Origin: an uncultured delta proteobacterium
GTDB taxonomy: Bacteria > Desulfobacterota > Desulfomonilia > Desulfomonilales > Desulfomonilaceae
Reading direction: 5' to 3'
Assembly (NCBI GenBank): GCA_963741625.1
Contig: CAVUIT010000001.1
Span: forward strand, 93,711-157,710
DNA: 64,000 bases
Shown piece after piece: positions 27,654 to 37,039 of this stretch. The position numbers and the translations under genes were made by a program. Within the stretch, counting starts at the first letter, position 1. The number at the start of each line of letters is the position of its first letter. The notes below the pieces were generated by a model, which was given only the letters and a program-made list of their open reading frames with translations, was not told where the DNA came from and did no database searches.

Positions 27654-29433
27654 TCAAGACCCTGATACCGGCTCGTAGGGCCGCTTCATCGTCGGCGGGG
27701 CGAACAGCCTTAAAAATTTCCCAAAGGCAATTGCGCTCCCTGGGTTGTATTCGAAGCCTGCCAGGGCCCTCAGCGGGTTGCGGATTTTGGCCAACATCTC
27801 CTTCCAAGCCCCGGAGTCCGCGGTCACCTTGAGGTCCAGGTTCATGCGCTCCAGGTCTTGGATGGAACGTGGCCGTATTTCCGCCACGCCGTGTCGCACG
27901 TGAATGGTGAAAGCTTCTCTGGCGTCGGGAAAGACCATCCCAACTATTTGATTCACCTCGGCAGCGGCCTTGGGATCCAGGTTGACGGCCAACGACTCCA
28001 TGAAGCTCTGCACAGGAATGCGATGGACCGCCTCGGGCGAAGGTTTGGCCGTGGTGCGAGACACGAAGCCGTCTCGGATTTCCAGAGCCTCGCTGAGGTA
28101 ATAGTTTCGGGCATTCGGGTTTTGTTCTTTTTCAGCGAGGGCTGTCAGGGCCCTGATCCGAACGTCTTTGGCTTCCTGGTTTTCGGGGTTGAGTTGAATT
28201 AGGTTGTCGGTGAGCTGCAAGGCCGCTTGATACTGTTTCTCTTCCAAAAGCTCCCGAGCATGCCGGAGCAGTTCCTTTTCTCCTCCCGCCAACCTGGCCA
28301 TGAGCTTGGCTTGCTCCTTGCGGGTCAGAGGCTCGAGGTCGGCCGAATCGCCGTCAAACCAGCCCAGGGTTCCCGTAAACATGGAACGTACCGACCAGGA
28401 GACTTTGCCGTAAAAAGGCTGGAGGTACGGCTCCTCTGCCAGGTGAGGCGGCAGCTTAATGTATTCGGCCATTTCATCCGGAGTCAGGCCCGCGTTGATA
28501 CACCGGATGGATTGATCGTGGACGTATTGAATCGCGTCCCGGTAATTGGTGAGGATTTCCTGGATCTTCTGGGCACCGATGATCGGGCGGGTGTGGCATG
28601 GTACCAGATATTGCGGATTCAGGTCCCGCATCTTGTCCACGCTTTGGTACCAGTGCTTAAGGTTGCGGAAGCTTGTACCTCGGATAGTATAGAGATTGGG
28701 AAAAGCCCAGTAGTAATTGTCTCCGGCGATCAGCGTCTTCTGCTCGGGCAGCCAGACCATGATGTGATCGTCAGTTTCGCCTGGGGCATAGATCAGCTTG
28801 AACTTGACCCCGGCTTCTTCCGCTTCCAGCGTATCGGCAAAGATCTTAGTGGGTCGGACAAAGCCGAGCTTGCTGTCGGGCTTCATTCCGACAAAGGGTC
28901 CAACACCCACGTTGAGCACCTGACCAGGGGCGAGAAAGTTGCCGTAATCCGCGATGACCGTGAACCGATGATAGGTCCGATCTCAGTGAAGAGCCGTTTG
29001 ACTTGATCCTGAGTGGTCTCGTGAGCGTAGACCTCGGGCTTTCCTCCAGCCGTGAAGACCTCCGCGCCGAAGACATGGTCGGGATGAGAATGGGTATAAA
29101 TGATCGCCTTGACCGGTTTGGAGGTAATCTTCCTGAATTCGGCCAGGACTTCGGCTGCTTCTTCCATAGTGGTCATGGTGTCAACGATGATCACCCCGTC
29201 TGGCCTTCGATCATGATGCAATTTGAGATGCCGTAACCGATGGCCACGTAGAGGTTGTCGCCAACCTTTTCCACGCCTTTCCGGAATATCTTGCTATGCT
29301 CCTCCAGGGACTTGTTCGCACCAACCGGGATCGGAGCGTGAGCTTTCTTGACCGAGCGGCCGGCATAGAACCAAACCCCAGCCAGCCCTACCACCACGAT
29401 AACGAGGACGCCGGCGAGAATCATCTTGAGCAT
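27654..29433 (-). pseudogene. Alkyl/aryl-sulfatase (MBL-fold, SdsA1/BDS1-like, SCP2-like C-terminus) with N-terminal TM anchor; two frameshifts (~29205 and ~28900-28960)
   Basis: Three consecutive ORFs (29191..29577, 28883..29221, 27654..28919) read MLKMILAGVLV... / IYTHSHPDHVFG / APGETDDHIMVWLP... in order. Confidence 0.75.
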
Positions 29434-29663
29434 GAACGGACTCCCTGCAACTTGATTGGGGAGACCGGTAATACCGCGGTGGCAAAACCGGGTCAAGCAT
29501 CGACAAAGCCTCAAACTCAAAGTAGTTGCCAAGACGTCTTTCCATTCCAAGTGGCTGAAACAATACATCCTATCCAACTTCCCGCCTGTATACCAAGCCC
29601 CAGGAATGTTGCCGCACTCCGGCAGTCTTACTTAGGAAGATGGTTCGGTCGGTCGTCCAGGCT

Positions 29664-29894
29664 TAATCGGGGGACATAACACCAATATTGTGTTGACGTG
29701 TCAGGTGCTTTTTCTTACCACTGCTTTATCGTTTGTAGCTCCAGCAGGTTGGTCCCCAGCTATCTCTACCCGGCACGCAGCGTGGTTTTCAGTCGATGGG
29801 ACCTATTTTCATTCGGCGGGACATGAACATTGAACACCGGGAAATCCACCGGAAGCCGCTGCCGCAAAAAAATGGTATTATGTCCCCAGAAATC
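29664..29894 (+). repeat. R1 repeat copy C
   Basis: Full-length alignment to copy D. Central palindrome TGAC-gt-GTCA. Confidence 0.9.
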
Positions 29895-30513
29895 GTAATA
29901 GAGATCCACTTACCCTTAAATATATTTTTCTGATTCTGAGCTGATATGATGATGCGAGTAATCCAGGCCGGGCAGACGTTCGTGAACCCCCCGCACTTTC
30001 CTCATCGGCACATTGTTAGAGGCGGTCAAAATTGATCTGGCTAAGCCTGAGGGACACTTAGAGAGAGCACTTGGTAGCTCGGGTTCCATGCAGTAGCTCA
30101 CAGTGCGGGAAACATCTGGCAGCCGCAGTTGTCAAACTGAATAGAGAGGTGGAGCCACGAAAACGTACCGATTTGTTACTGCGACACATCGTGGTGTTTT
30201 TGATGAAACTCTTCAGGAGGCTATCGAGGCTTTCAATGAGATGAAGCAAGAAGGGCTTTCGCCGTAAATTCGACATGGTTAGCTCGCGAGTACTTTCCGG
30301 CCTAAATTGGGGCTCAAATTCGAGCAGTGGCGCGTGACGCATTATATTTTGGCTCCGCTCATCATTGTGTTCGCGTATTGATTCATTCCCTGGAAACCTT
30401 CCGTGTGTGTCACTTCCAGAGTGCAACCGATCATCTCATCGATTTGTACGAAATGTTCAGCGGATTGATTCCGGAGGGTTCCATTTACAACCCAATCTCA
30501 ACGGAAGGTCAAA

Positions 30514-30774
30514 ATGCCGATTTATGAATACCAGTGCGAGAGGTGTGGTAGCGGATTTGAGAAATGGCAGAAATTCTCAGACCCGGTAGCTGACAAATGC
30601 CCGACATGCGGAGGAAAATCGCGGAGATTGATCTCGCAGTCTACGTTCGTGCTCAAGGGAACCGGGTGGTACGTTACGGATTACGGAAGAAAAGACAGTA
30701 GTTCTTCTAGACAGACCCCGCCCAAGAAAGAATCTTCCTCAGAGACCAAGACCTCGAGCTCGGATGCCGGATAG
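30514..30774 (+). CDS. FmdB-family zinc-ribbon protein
   Basis: MPIYEYQCERCG...CPTCGG two CxxC pairs. SD GGAAGG before the ATG. Confidence 0.8.
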   Translation: MPIYEYQCERCGSGFEKWQKFSDPVADKCPTCGGKSRRLISQSTFVLKGTGWYVTDYGRKDSSSSRQTPPKKESSSETKTSSSDAG

Positions 30775-31333
30775 AGGTCAAGGACGAAAAGGGAGAATAC
30801 GTCTGAGTAGGTCGCCTTCTGCGGGCCGAATATCGGGCCACCAACACGCATGCGGAGATTCGTCTGTCAGCGTAAATCGTTGAGGGGAGGGGTCCGACGA
30901 GTCTGTGATCAAGAGCACCGTTAGAATGGATGATCTAAGCTGCTTGATTGGAGGCGAGATCGTTCCACTTCGAAGGGGGTTGATCATTTTCCAATGGTGC
31001 CACGCGGCAGTTTTATTAGGCTTCGAAGGAACGCAGCGCGAGTATGGGATACCGGTTTATTCCTCATCTAGCACTCTGAGAACCCGTTGGAGCAACTCCT
31101 TGAACCTTAAGGGCAATCTGTTTTCCCTTTTTAGTGTGAAGTCAGGATTTAGAGGGGAGTTTCGGCTCCTCATTGGCCATTGACCATCGTTGAGCCGGGA
31201 TTGAACACTGAATTTACAGGATACGACCAGTCGCGATAGGTGAGGATTGGGTTTGCTTCAAGCCTTGTGAATAGTTCGCGATAACGGTTGCCCGGCACTT
31301 ACGTCATATTTCAGATGTCCTTAGATACATTCA

Positions 31334-32566
31334 TCAAAATTCAAGTGGCAGCTCAACCGGTCGTCCAGTGGCCACGGATTGCCGAGCCAATTCGTAGGCC
31401 TCGTTGTATTGATTGGCCACCAATTCCCATGAAACTACCTCGTCCAGATATTTCTTGAGGTTTTCGCCCAGGCGCAGTCGGAGCTGTTCGTCACAAGCCA
31501 TCGTGACTACGTGGTCCCTCAACATAGCCTTGTTGGTGAACAGCAACCCGCCTCCACTTTCCAGCGTTTGAGCCGTCAGTCCCTCCATTGGGGCTGTGGT
31601 TATATATGGTTTGTTGAGCGCAATAATCCGGTCAAGTGTTCCGGATTGGGTCTCGTCGGTAGAGGGCAGGACTATGAAATCACAAATGGCCATAACCTTG
31701 TAAACTATTTCTCCACGTGGAACGAACTCAAAGTAATGGGCAAGCCCTTTCCCTTCCAGCACCTTCAATTGCTCGCGGTAGTGATAGTAGTCTGGGAGAT
31801 GGTTAGGATCTCTCATAGTTCCCGCGGCCAAAAGGTCCCAGTTTTGTCCGGTCCTATCAAGGATTTCGGCATGAATGTCTTCCCACATGGAAGTCAGGAT
31901 ATCCCATCGCTTGTTTGACTGTATCCATCCGACCATGCCCACAAGGTGTTCGCCGAGGAATGGGACCTTGTCCAAGCCCAGCTCTTCCTTGAGCGCTGGC
32001 ACATCCTCCATTCCCCAGCGCCTATCAGGCCTGGCGCCTTCAGGCACAACCATGACGTTCCTCGGCGTTCGCCAGCCTTCCCCGACGAAAATCCAGTCCA
32101 AGCGCCATTTCTGATAATGGCACTTGAGTAGTACTACCCTTGCTCGTTCGCACATCTTGTAGACGAAATCCGCCTCAAAATCCGTCAGCCTACCATGCAC
32201 GGTATGGGGCTCAACAATAGTAGGAAATTCATTGATTGCGTCGAGCAGATCCAGGAACCCTTCGTTTCCGTCTCCATGTCCCCTTGAGTCATAGTGCTCG
32301 TACAGACCATATTCGTGTTGCAGATGGACTGCGTACGGGCGCAGTTGATACACTTTTCTCGCAACGGTTTTCCACCAATCCCTCTGGGACATGTCAATAA
32401 TGGGAAATACGCCTTCCCCTTGGCCGTCAGTATGACTTATTACCAATACTTCCCTTTCCGGGTTGGCCTTCTGGACGAATTCTCTTGCTTCCTCAACGAA
32501 AGTCGCGATTCCACACAAACGAGGCGGATAGCTTGAAATCATGACTATGGGGTCTGAATCGCTCAT
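31334..32566 (-). CDS. Glycosyltransferase (GT4-like, GT-B fold)
   Basis: 410-aa intact ORF. N-terminal ISSYPPRLCGIATF, C-terminal E-x7-E-type region. Confidence 0.75.
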   Translation of the reverse strand: MSDSDPIVMISSYPPRLCGIATFVEEAREFVQKANPEREVLVISHTDGQGEGVFPIIDMSQRDWWKTVARKVYQLRPYAVHLQHEYGLYEHYDSRGHGDGNEGFLDLLDAINEFPTIVEPHTVHGRLTDFEADFVYKMCERARVVLLKCHYQKWRLDWIFVGEGWRTPRNVMVVPEGARPDRRWGMEDVPALKEELGLDKVPFLGEHLVGMVGWIQSNKRWDILTSMWEDIHAEILDRTGQNWDLLAAGTMRDPNHLPDYYHYREQLKVLEGKGLAHYFEFVPRGEIVYKVMAICDFIVLPSTDETQSGTLDRIIALNKPYITTAPMEGLTAQTLESGGGLLFTNKAMLRDHVVTMACDEQLRLRLGENLKKYLDEVVSWELVANQYNEAYELARQSVATGRPVELPLEF

Positions 32567-32682
32567 TGAATGTCCTTTTCCCTGTTGTTAGGGCGCTCCG
32601 GTTCCCCCGAATCCATTAGATTCGTGGCCGCGCAGCCCACAAAAATACCTTTGATTCTGTTGGAGGCATTGCATGCCGGCTA

Positions 32683-32772
32683 TTGCTCGTCTAAGACAAT
32701 TCATTACCTTTCCCCGATGGTCACTGCGCCCTAAAAAGCGCCATGCTGATCGTGGAAGGAGCAGGGGTACCC
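32683..32772 (-). repeat. R3 leader element, copy 1 (117-206 nt upstream of the glycosyltransferase start)
   Basis: About 85% identical, apart from one 13-nt indel, to 43528-43627 upstream of the radical SAM gene. Confidence 0.7.
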
Positions 32773-33249
32773 CGGTGACTCTCTAAACCTAAGCGATACG
32801 ATCATGCGTTGTGACAATCTGATCAGCTCTATATCGCTTGCACTTGAGGCGAAGTCATTTCACGAGCTGCGATGAGAATACCCTCACCGGTTAGCAAGCT
32901 ACGTTCATTTCTCTCGGAGGTGAGGAGTTTGAAGTTCTGGGTATAGTAGTGAAGAGGACCCAACAAGTTCGCGAGGGTAATAAAAGCCAAGGATTGCCAA
33001 CTCAGGAAGACCTGGCGTCGAACCTCTGTCCAAAATAACTCGAGCAGAATTGATAAGTGATGTGAGATTTACCATTTAGTGAGCTCCTTTCAATCTTCAC
33101 TATAAGTTTGACATCCGACTTAAGCCAGAGTTCCCAGGTGGGCAAGGATTTCTTGGAGGTCACCGATTCTGTGGGGAAAGCAGATCTGTCTAAGGTACTG
33201 AGTCACGCGGACGTACAGAGACAGACGTCGCGTATGGAGCCTTGCAGCG

Positions 33250-33481
33250 TAATCGGGGGACATAACACCAATATTGTGTTGACATGTCAGGTGCTTTTTC
33301 TTACCACTGCTTTATCGTTTGTAGCTCGAGCAGGTTGGTCCCCGGCTATCTCCACCATGGCACGCAGCGTGGTGTTCAGTCGATGGGACCTATTTTCATT
33401 CCGCGGGACATGAACATTGAACACCGGGAAATCCACTGGAAGCCGCTGCCGCAAAAAAACGGTATTATGTCCCCCGAAATT
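33250..33481 (+). repeat. R1 repeat copy D (used here as reference)
   Basis: TAATCGGGGGACATAACACC...GGTATTATGTCCCCCGAAATT. Internal 8-bp helix GGTGTTCA...TGAACACC. Confidence 0.9.
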
Positions 33482-33498
33482 TTTCGGGAGAGGCGTGC

Positions 33499-34238
33499 AT
33501 GGCGATGTGGCGAAGAGACACGTTGAGATCGAGGTTTTTGCGATCCCTCATCCCTGAAAGAATACCCTGGTTTGCTGCCCGCCTATACGACCAAATTGCC
33601 CGCAGCGCAATCGAGACCTACTACAAGGGAGTGGCCGAGCTTGTCACGGCCCACCAAGTCAAGGATTGGTCTTGGATATTGGTACCGGTCCGGGATATCT
33701 CCCCATTGAGATCGCCAAGAGGGCACCCCGGATCACAGTAGTTGGAATCGACTCGTCAAAAGCACTGGTGCGGATAGCTCAAAAAAATGCGAAGAGGGAG
33801 GGCCTGTCGGATCGAGTCCGATTCGTGAAATGCGATGGCAACAGGCTCGACTTTGCAGATGATTCATACGACCTGGTGATCAGCACGGGTTCCCTCCATG
33901 CGTGGAAAAATCCGGTGCTAGTAATCAACGAATGCTTCAGGGTCCTGAAAGCTGGGTGTGAAGCCTGGTTATTGGATCCGGCACAGATCATCACCCCGGA
34001 GGCTCAGCAGCTCCTGGGGAGAGGCCTCAATGCGGTGGACAGGCTTGCTAACTGGTGGGGCTCTTTCACTTCCAAGCTCACGCCACCCTACACTGTAAGG
34101 GAGGTTGAGGAGATTATCCGCCGGACAAATTTTAAGAAAGGGACCGTTGCGGAAGGAAAATGGCTTACCGTCAAGCTGAAAAAGCATGCCAGTCCGGCAA
34201 CCGAAGCTCATCAGCGACCTCATCGTAATCAACGTTGA
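33499..34238 (+). CDS. Class I SAM-dependent methyltransferase, one frameshift (~33665)
   Basis: ORF 33499..33741 joins ORF 33666..34238 at motif I VLDIGTGPGYL. The stop TGA overlaps the first bases of R1-E. Confidence 0.75.
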
Positions 34239-34467
34239 ATCGGGGACATAACACCAATATTGTGTTGACACGTCAGGTGCCTTTTCTTACCACTGCTTTA
34301 TCGTTTGTAGCTCGAGCAGGTTGGTCCCCAGCTATCTCCACCATGGCACGCAGCGTGGTGTTCAGTCGATGGGACTTATTTTCGTTCGCGGGACATGAAC
34401 ATTGAACACCGGGAAATCCGACTGGAAGCCGCTGCCGCAAAGAACTGCTATTTGGTCCCCCGAAATC
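34237..34467 (+). repeat. R1 repeat copy E
   Basis: Full length. Right end diverged (GCTATTTGGTCCCCCGAAATC). Confidence 0.9.
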
Positions 34468-34483
34468 GACAGCCCCGGCTCAC

Positions 34484-34513
34484 CAAGATAAGTATGGTGT
34501 CCCCGGAATTACG
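34484..34513 (+). repeat. Extra subfamily-2 right end directly after copy E
   Basis: CAAGATAAGTATGGTGTCCCCGGAATTACG, near-identical to 23524-23552. Confidence 0.6.
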
Positions 34514-34667
34514 CTCTTTTGAACTGTATCCTATCCTTCCATCCGTACCACCACCAAAGAAGAAATCTGTGTTTGATTGGTTCGCTCGTTATTAAGGCAA
34601 ATCTCCCGGACCTTGGAGTCTGCTGCCCGCATCGGCTCGGGTATAAATGTCGGAATATCGAAAGCGG

Positions 34668-35420
34668 TCAGAAATACCGAATTCCTTTGCTGTGATACCC
34701 CTGCGGGTTTATGGTCAGGTAGTGAATTTGACCGCCAATCCCAGGAAGCAGGTTGCTCAGACGATAAATCTCTGCAACCGTTTTGATCTGGAAGATTAGA
34801 TAGCTGGCACGATCTTCGAGGTCTTGAGAATGGGGGATTAAGACTCCTATCGGGCGCAAGTGGGTAAATACACTTTCTAAAGAAGCAAAAATCTCTGCAT
34901 GAAAGCGAATGTCCCCGTTGCGAATTAAATATGCCGGATTCTGCACAAAAATGTCCGGCGGTACGTTGTGATTGGCATTGAAACGAGTAGCATCAACGTA
35001 GATACCGCGAGATTCCAGAGTCCGGCAGAAACCATCATGTATGTGGTAAAAAGAGGGAGTCGGCGTTCCATTAAAGTCGTCAAAACCTGCCAAATGAAAG
35101 CCTAAGCACCTGTTGCCCCTTGGGGGCGAGGGAATCCTGTCGTTCAACTGACTAGCCAACTCGCCTGCGAAGTCATGCAAATTATCAATCCCCTGATTGG
35201 ACGCAATGAATGCGGATAGCCATTGATCGGTCGGGGTATTTTCAATTTCCCCTTCTCCCCAGCAAGAAATTCCAGCATTGAGGTACGGCACTTGTTGCAG
35301 TTTGCGGGCCACGCCAGGAACAATTTGAGCCAAGCCAGTGCGGGTATTAATTACCTTTACCGCGGAATCGGCAGCCATTGCGATTCCGAAACTAGTCAAC
35401 TCTGTAAGAATTAATGTCAT
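34668..35420 (-). CDS. Hypothetical protein, possibly Ntn-hydrolase/proteasome-beta-like
   Basis: 250-aa intact ORF. N-terminus MTLILTE..FGIAMAADSA resembles the T1 nucleophile pattern. The assignment is weak. Confidence 0.5.
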   Translation of the reverse strand: MTLILTELTSFGIAMAADSAVKVINTRTGLAQIVPGVARKLQQVPYLNAGISCWGEGEIENTPTDQWLSAFIASNQGIDNLHDFAGELASQLNDRIPSPPRGNRCLGFHLAGFDDFNGTPTPSFYHIHDGFCRTLESRGIYVDATRFNANHNVPPDIFVQNPAYLIRNGDIRFHAEIFASLESVFTHLRPIGVLIPHSQDLEDRASYLIFQIKTVAEIYRLSNLLPGIGGQIHYLTINPQGYHSKGIRYF

Positions 35421-35628
35421 ATTTGTTCGTCTCCTTCAGAGATGATTTGGTATTATAGAGCAACTCACTGGATCTAAAAAGAAATTTAGCGATATAACGA
35501 GTCGGAATTATGGATCCCAAGAGCAAAAAATGTAAGAGACCCTGCCCTTCCAACGACGATGCCGTCATAAATCTCATAAGCGATGTCATAACTATTGCCA
35601 CGACCACAGATAAACAAATAAGCAACAT
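35392..35628 (-). CDS. Small membrane protein (hypothetical)
   Basis: 78 aa, hydrophobic N-terminus, in an AT-rich segment. Overlaps the downstream ORF start by 29 nt. Confidence 0.3.
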   Translation of the reverse strand: MLLICLSVVVAIVMTSLMRFMTASSLEGQGLLHFLLLGSIIPTRYIAKFLFRSSELLYNTKSSLKETNKYDINSYRVD

Positions 35629-35827
35629 ATAATAAGACTCAAACTTACTCTTCCGATAGAATACTTAGCGGAAAAAATAACTTCATCTTGCGCCGCATCT
35701 ATTGGAGCATTTTGGATCACGATCATTCCTCCTAAAGTAAGCGCGAATTGTGTGCCACATATTAACCTGAATTATGCGGCGACCAACCCGCCCATCAGTA
35801 GGCTTCACTGTCGCCTTCAGCCGAGGC

Positions 35828-36403
35828 CTACGTCTTTCCATAGTATCGTTTTGCTTCTTCCATCACTCTGACGACAAACTCCGTCTTCCCCTCAGTGTAG
35901 GCCAAGCGATCATGGGGGTACGTTGCTGCAAGCCGATTTTTTAGCTGGCTGTACTCCTCGGCCACGTCGGGATGCTCGATGAGGTAGTCTCTGAAAAGCA
36001 GCCTATCCCAGTGCTCGAAATGGCTTTCAATCATGTGAATATGGTGAGTGCGGTTACCCCTTGAATCCCGCTTGATGAACCATGCGTAGAATGGAGGAAT
36101 ATTGCCTGCCCAAGTGGGTCTCCAGAAATACTCATACCCCTGGGACTCAAGGATTGGGACTATCCTTCTTTTGGTCTCCTGCAGGTCGGTGACTTCCACC
36201 AGCATGTCGATAATGGGCTTGGCCGCCAGGCCCGGCACAGCGGTGCTTCCGAAATGCTCGATCCTTCCTATCAGCTCACCAGGGAGGCAGGATAGGAGGT
36301 GTTCTTTCTCCTGGCGGAACATGGAGGGCCATCGAGGATCATAGGGCACGACGGCAACATATTCCTGCACTGCTGTCTGTATTCGCTCCTCAAGTAACTC
36401 CAT
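35828..36403 (-). CDS. GrpB-family (UPF0157) protein
   Basis: VVPYDPRWPSMF, IEHFGSTAVPGLAAKPIIDM, HHIHM motifs. The longer track ORF borrows its ATG from R1-F. Confidence 0.8.
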   Translation of the reverse strand: MELLEERIQTAVQEYVAVVPYDPRWPSMFRQEKEHLLSCLPGELIGRIEHFGSTAVPGLAAKPIIDMLVEVTDLQETKRRIVPILESQGYEYFWRPTWAGNIPPFYAWFIKRDSRGNRTHHIHMIESHFEHWDRLLFRDYLIEHPDVAEEYSQLKNRLAATYPHDRLAYTEGKTEFVVRVMEEAKRYYGKT

Positions 36404-36449
36404 TTCGAGCCTTCCTTTTGACCCGATCATACTTATTGGAAGGTGTGCG

Positions 36450-36681
36450 TGATCGGGGGACATGATACCAATATCGTGTTGACATGTCAGGTGCTTTTTT
36501 TTACCACTGCTTTATCGTTTGCAGAGCAAACTGGTTGGTCCCCGGCTATCTCCACCCTGGCACGCAGCGTAGTGTTCAGTTGATGAGACTTATTTTTCTT
36601 TGGCGGGACCGGAACATTGTACGCCGGGAAATCCACTGGAAGCCGCTGCCGCAAAAAAACCGTATTATGTCCTCCAAAATC
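36450..36681 (+). repeat. R1 repeat copy F
   Basis: Full length, about 87% identical to D. Preceded by an ATACTTATTGG solo-end fragment (36420-36439). Confidence 0.9.
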
Positions 36682-37039
36682 CCCAAGAAATTTGGCGACC
36701 CAGGCCCTGGGCCTTTTCGCCCTCTACTGTATCTATAGTACGCACTTTCAACTCAACTCTTGTCCGCGCTTATAATGGCTTTCAGAGCCACAAATAGCCT
36801 GATAGCACGGCTCAGGGGCCATCCGAAACTGCCTGTCCGAAGTAGTCCTCCGACACGTCGGGGAAGTAGATTTGGAGTCTAATCGTCCCAGCGCGGGTCC
36901 TGTTGCAAACGTTTCAACCTCTTTCGGCCACAGAACCTTTTGACTTAGAGACCTTGCAGAGATAATCTGAATAATGGAAGTGGTTTATTTTTCTATTCTG
37001 CAAATTTGTGACGACGCAGTGTCTCACGGGGGAAGTGCC

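Noticed and set aside
29916-30426. Minus-strand ORFs 30058..30426 and 29916..30101 as genes
   Set aside because: No recognisable family. The plus strand of the same region ends with a more protein-like tail (ATHRGVFDETLQEAIEAFNEMKQEGLSP*, reminiscent of HicB/UPF0150 antitoxins) but has no start codon. Neither reading could be supported, so both are left unannotated.
31060-31190. Possible Sec codon in a small minus-strand ORF (MANEEPKLPSKS-TGA-LHTKKG...)
   Set aside because: There is no family context, no hairpin after the TGA, and a frameshifted reading (NPDFTLKRENRLPLRFKELLQRVLRVLDEE*) is equally plausible. The support is too weak.
33284-33526. ORF-track peptides inside R1 copies (MSGAFSYHCFIVCSS..., also 26164..26613 and 36484..36738) as a small protein family
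   Set aside because: The frame is broken by 1-nt indels between copies, and the ORFs extend into unrelated flanking sequence.
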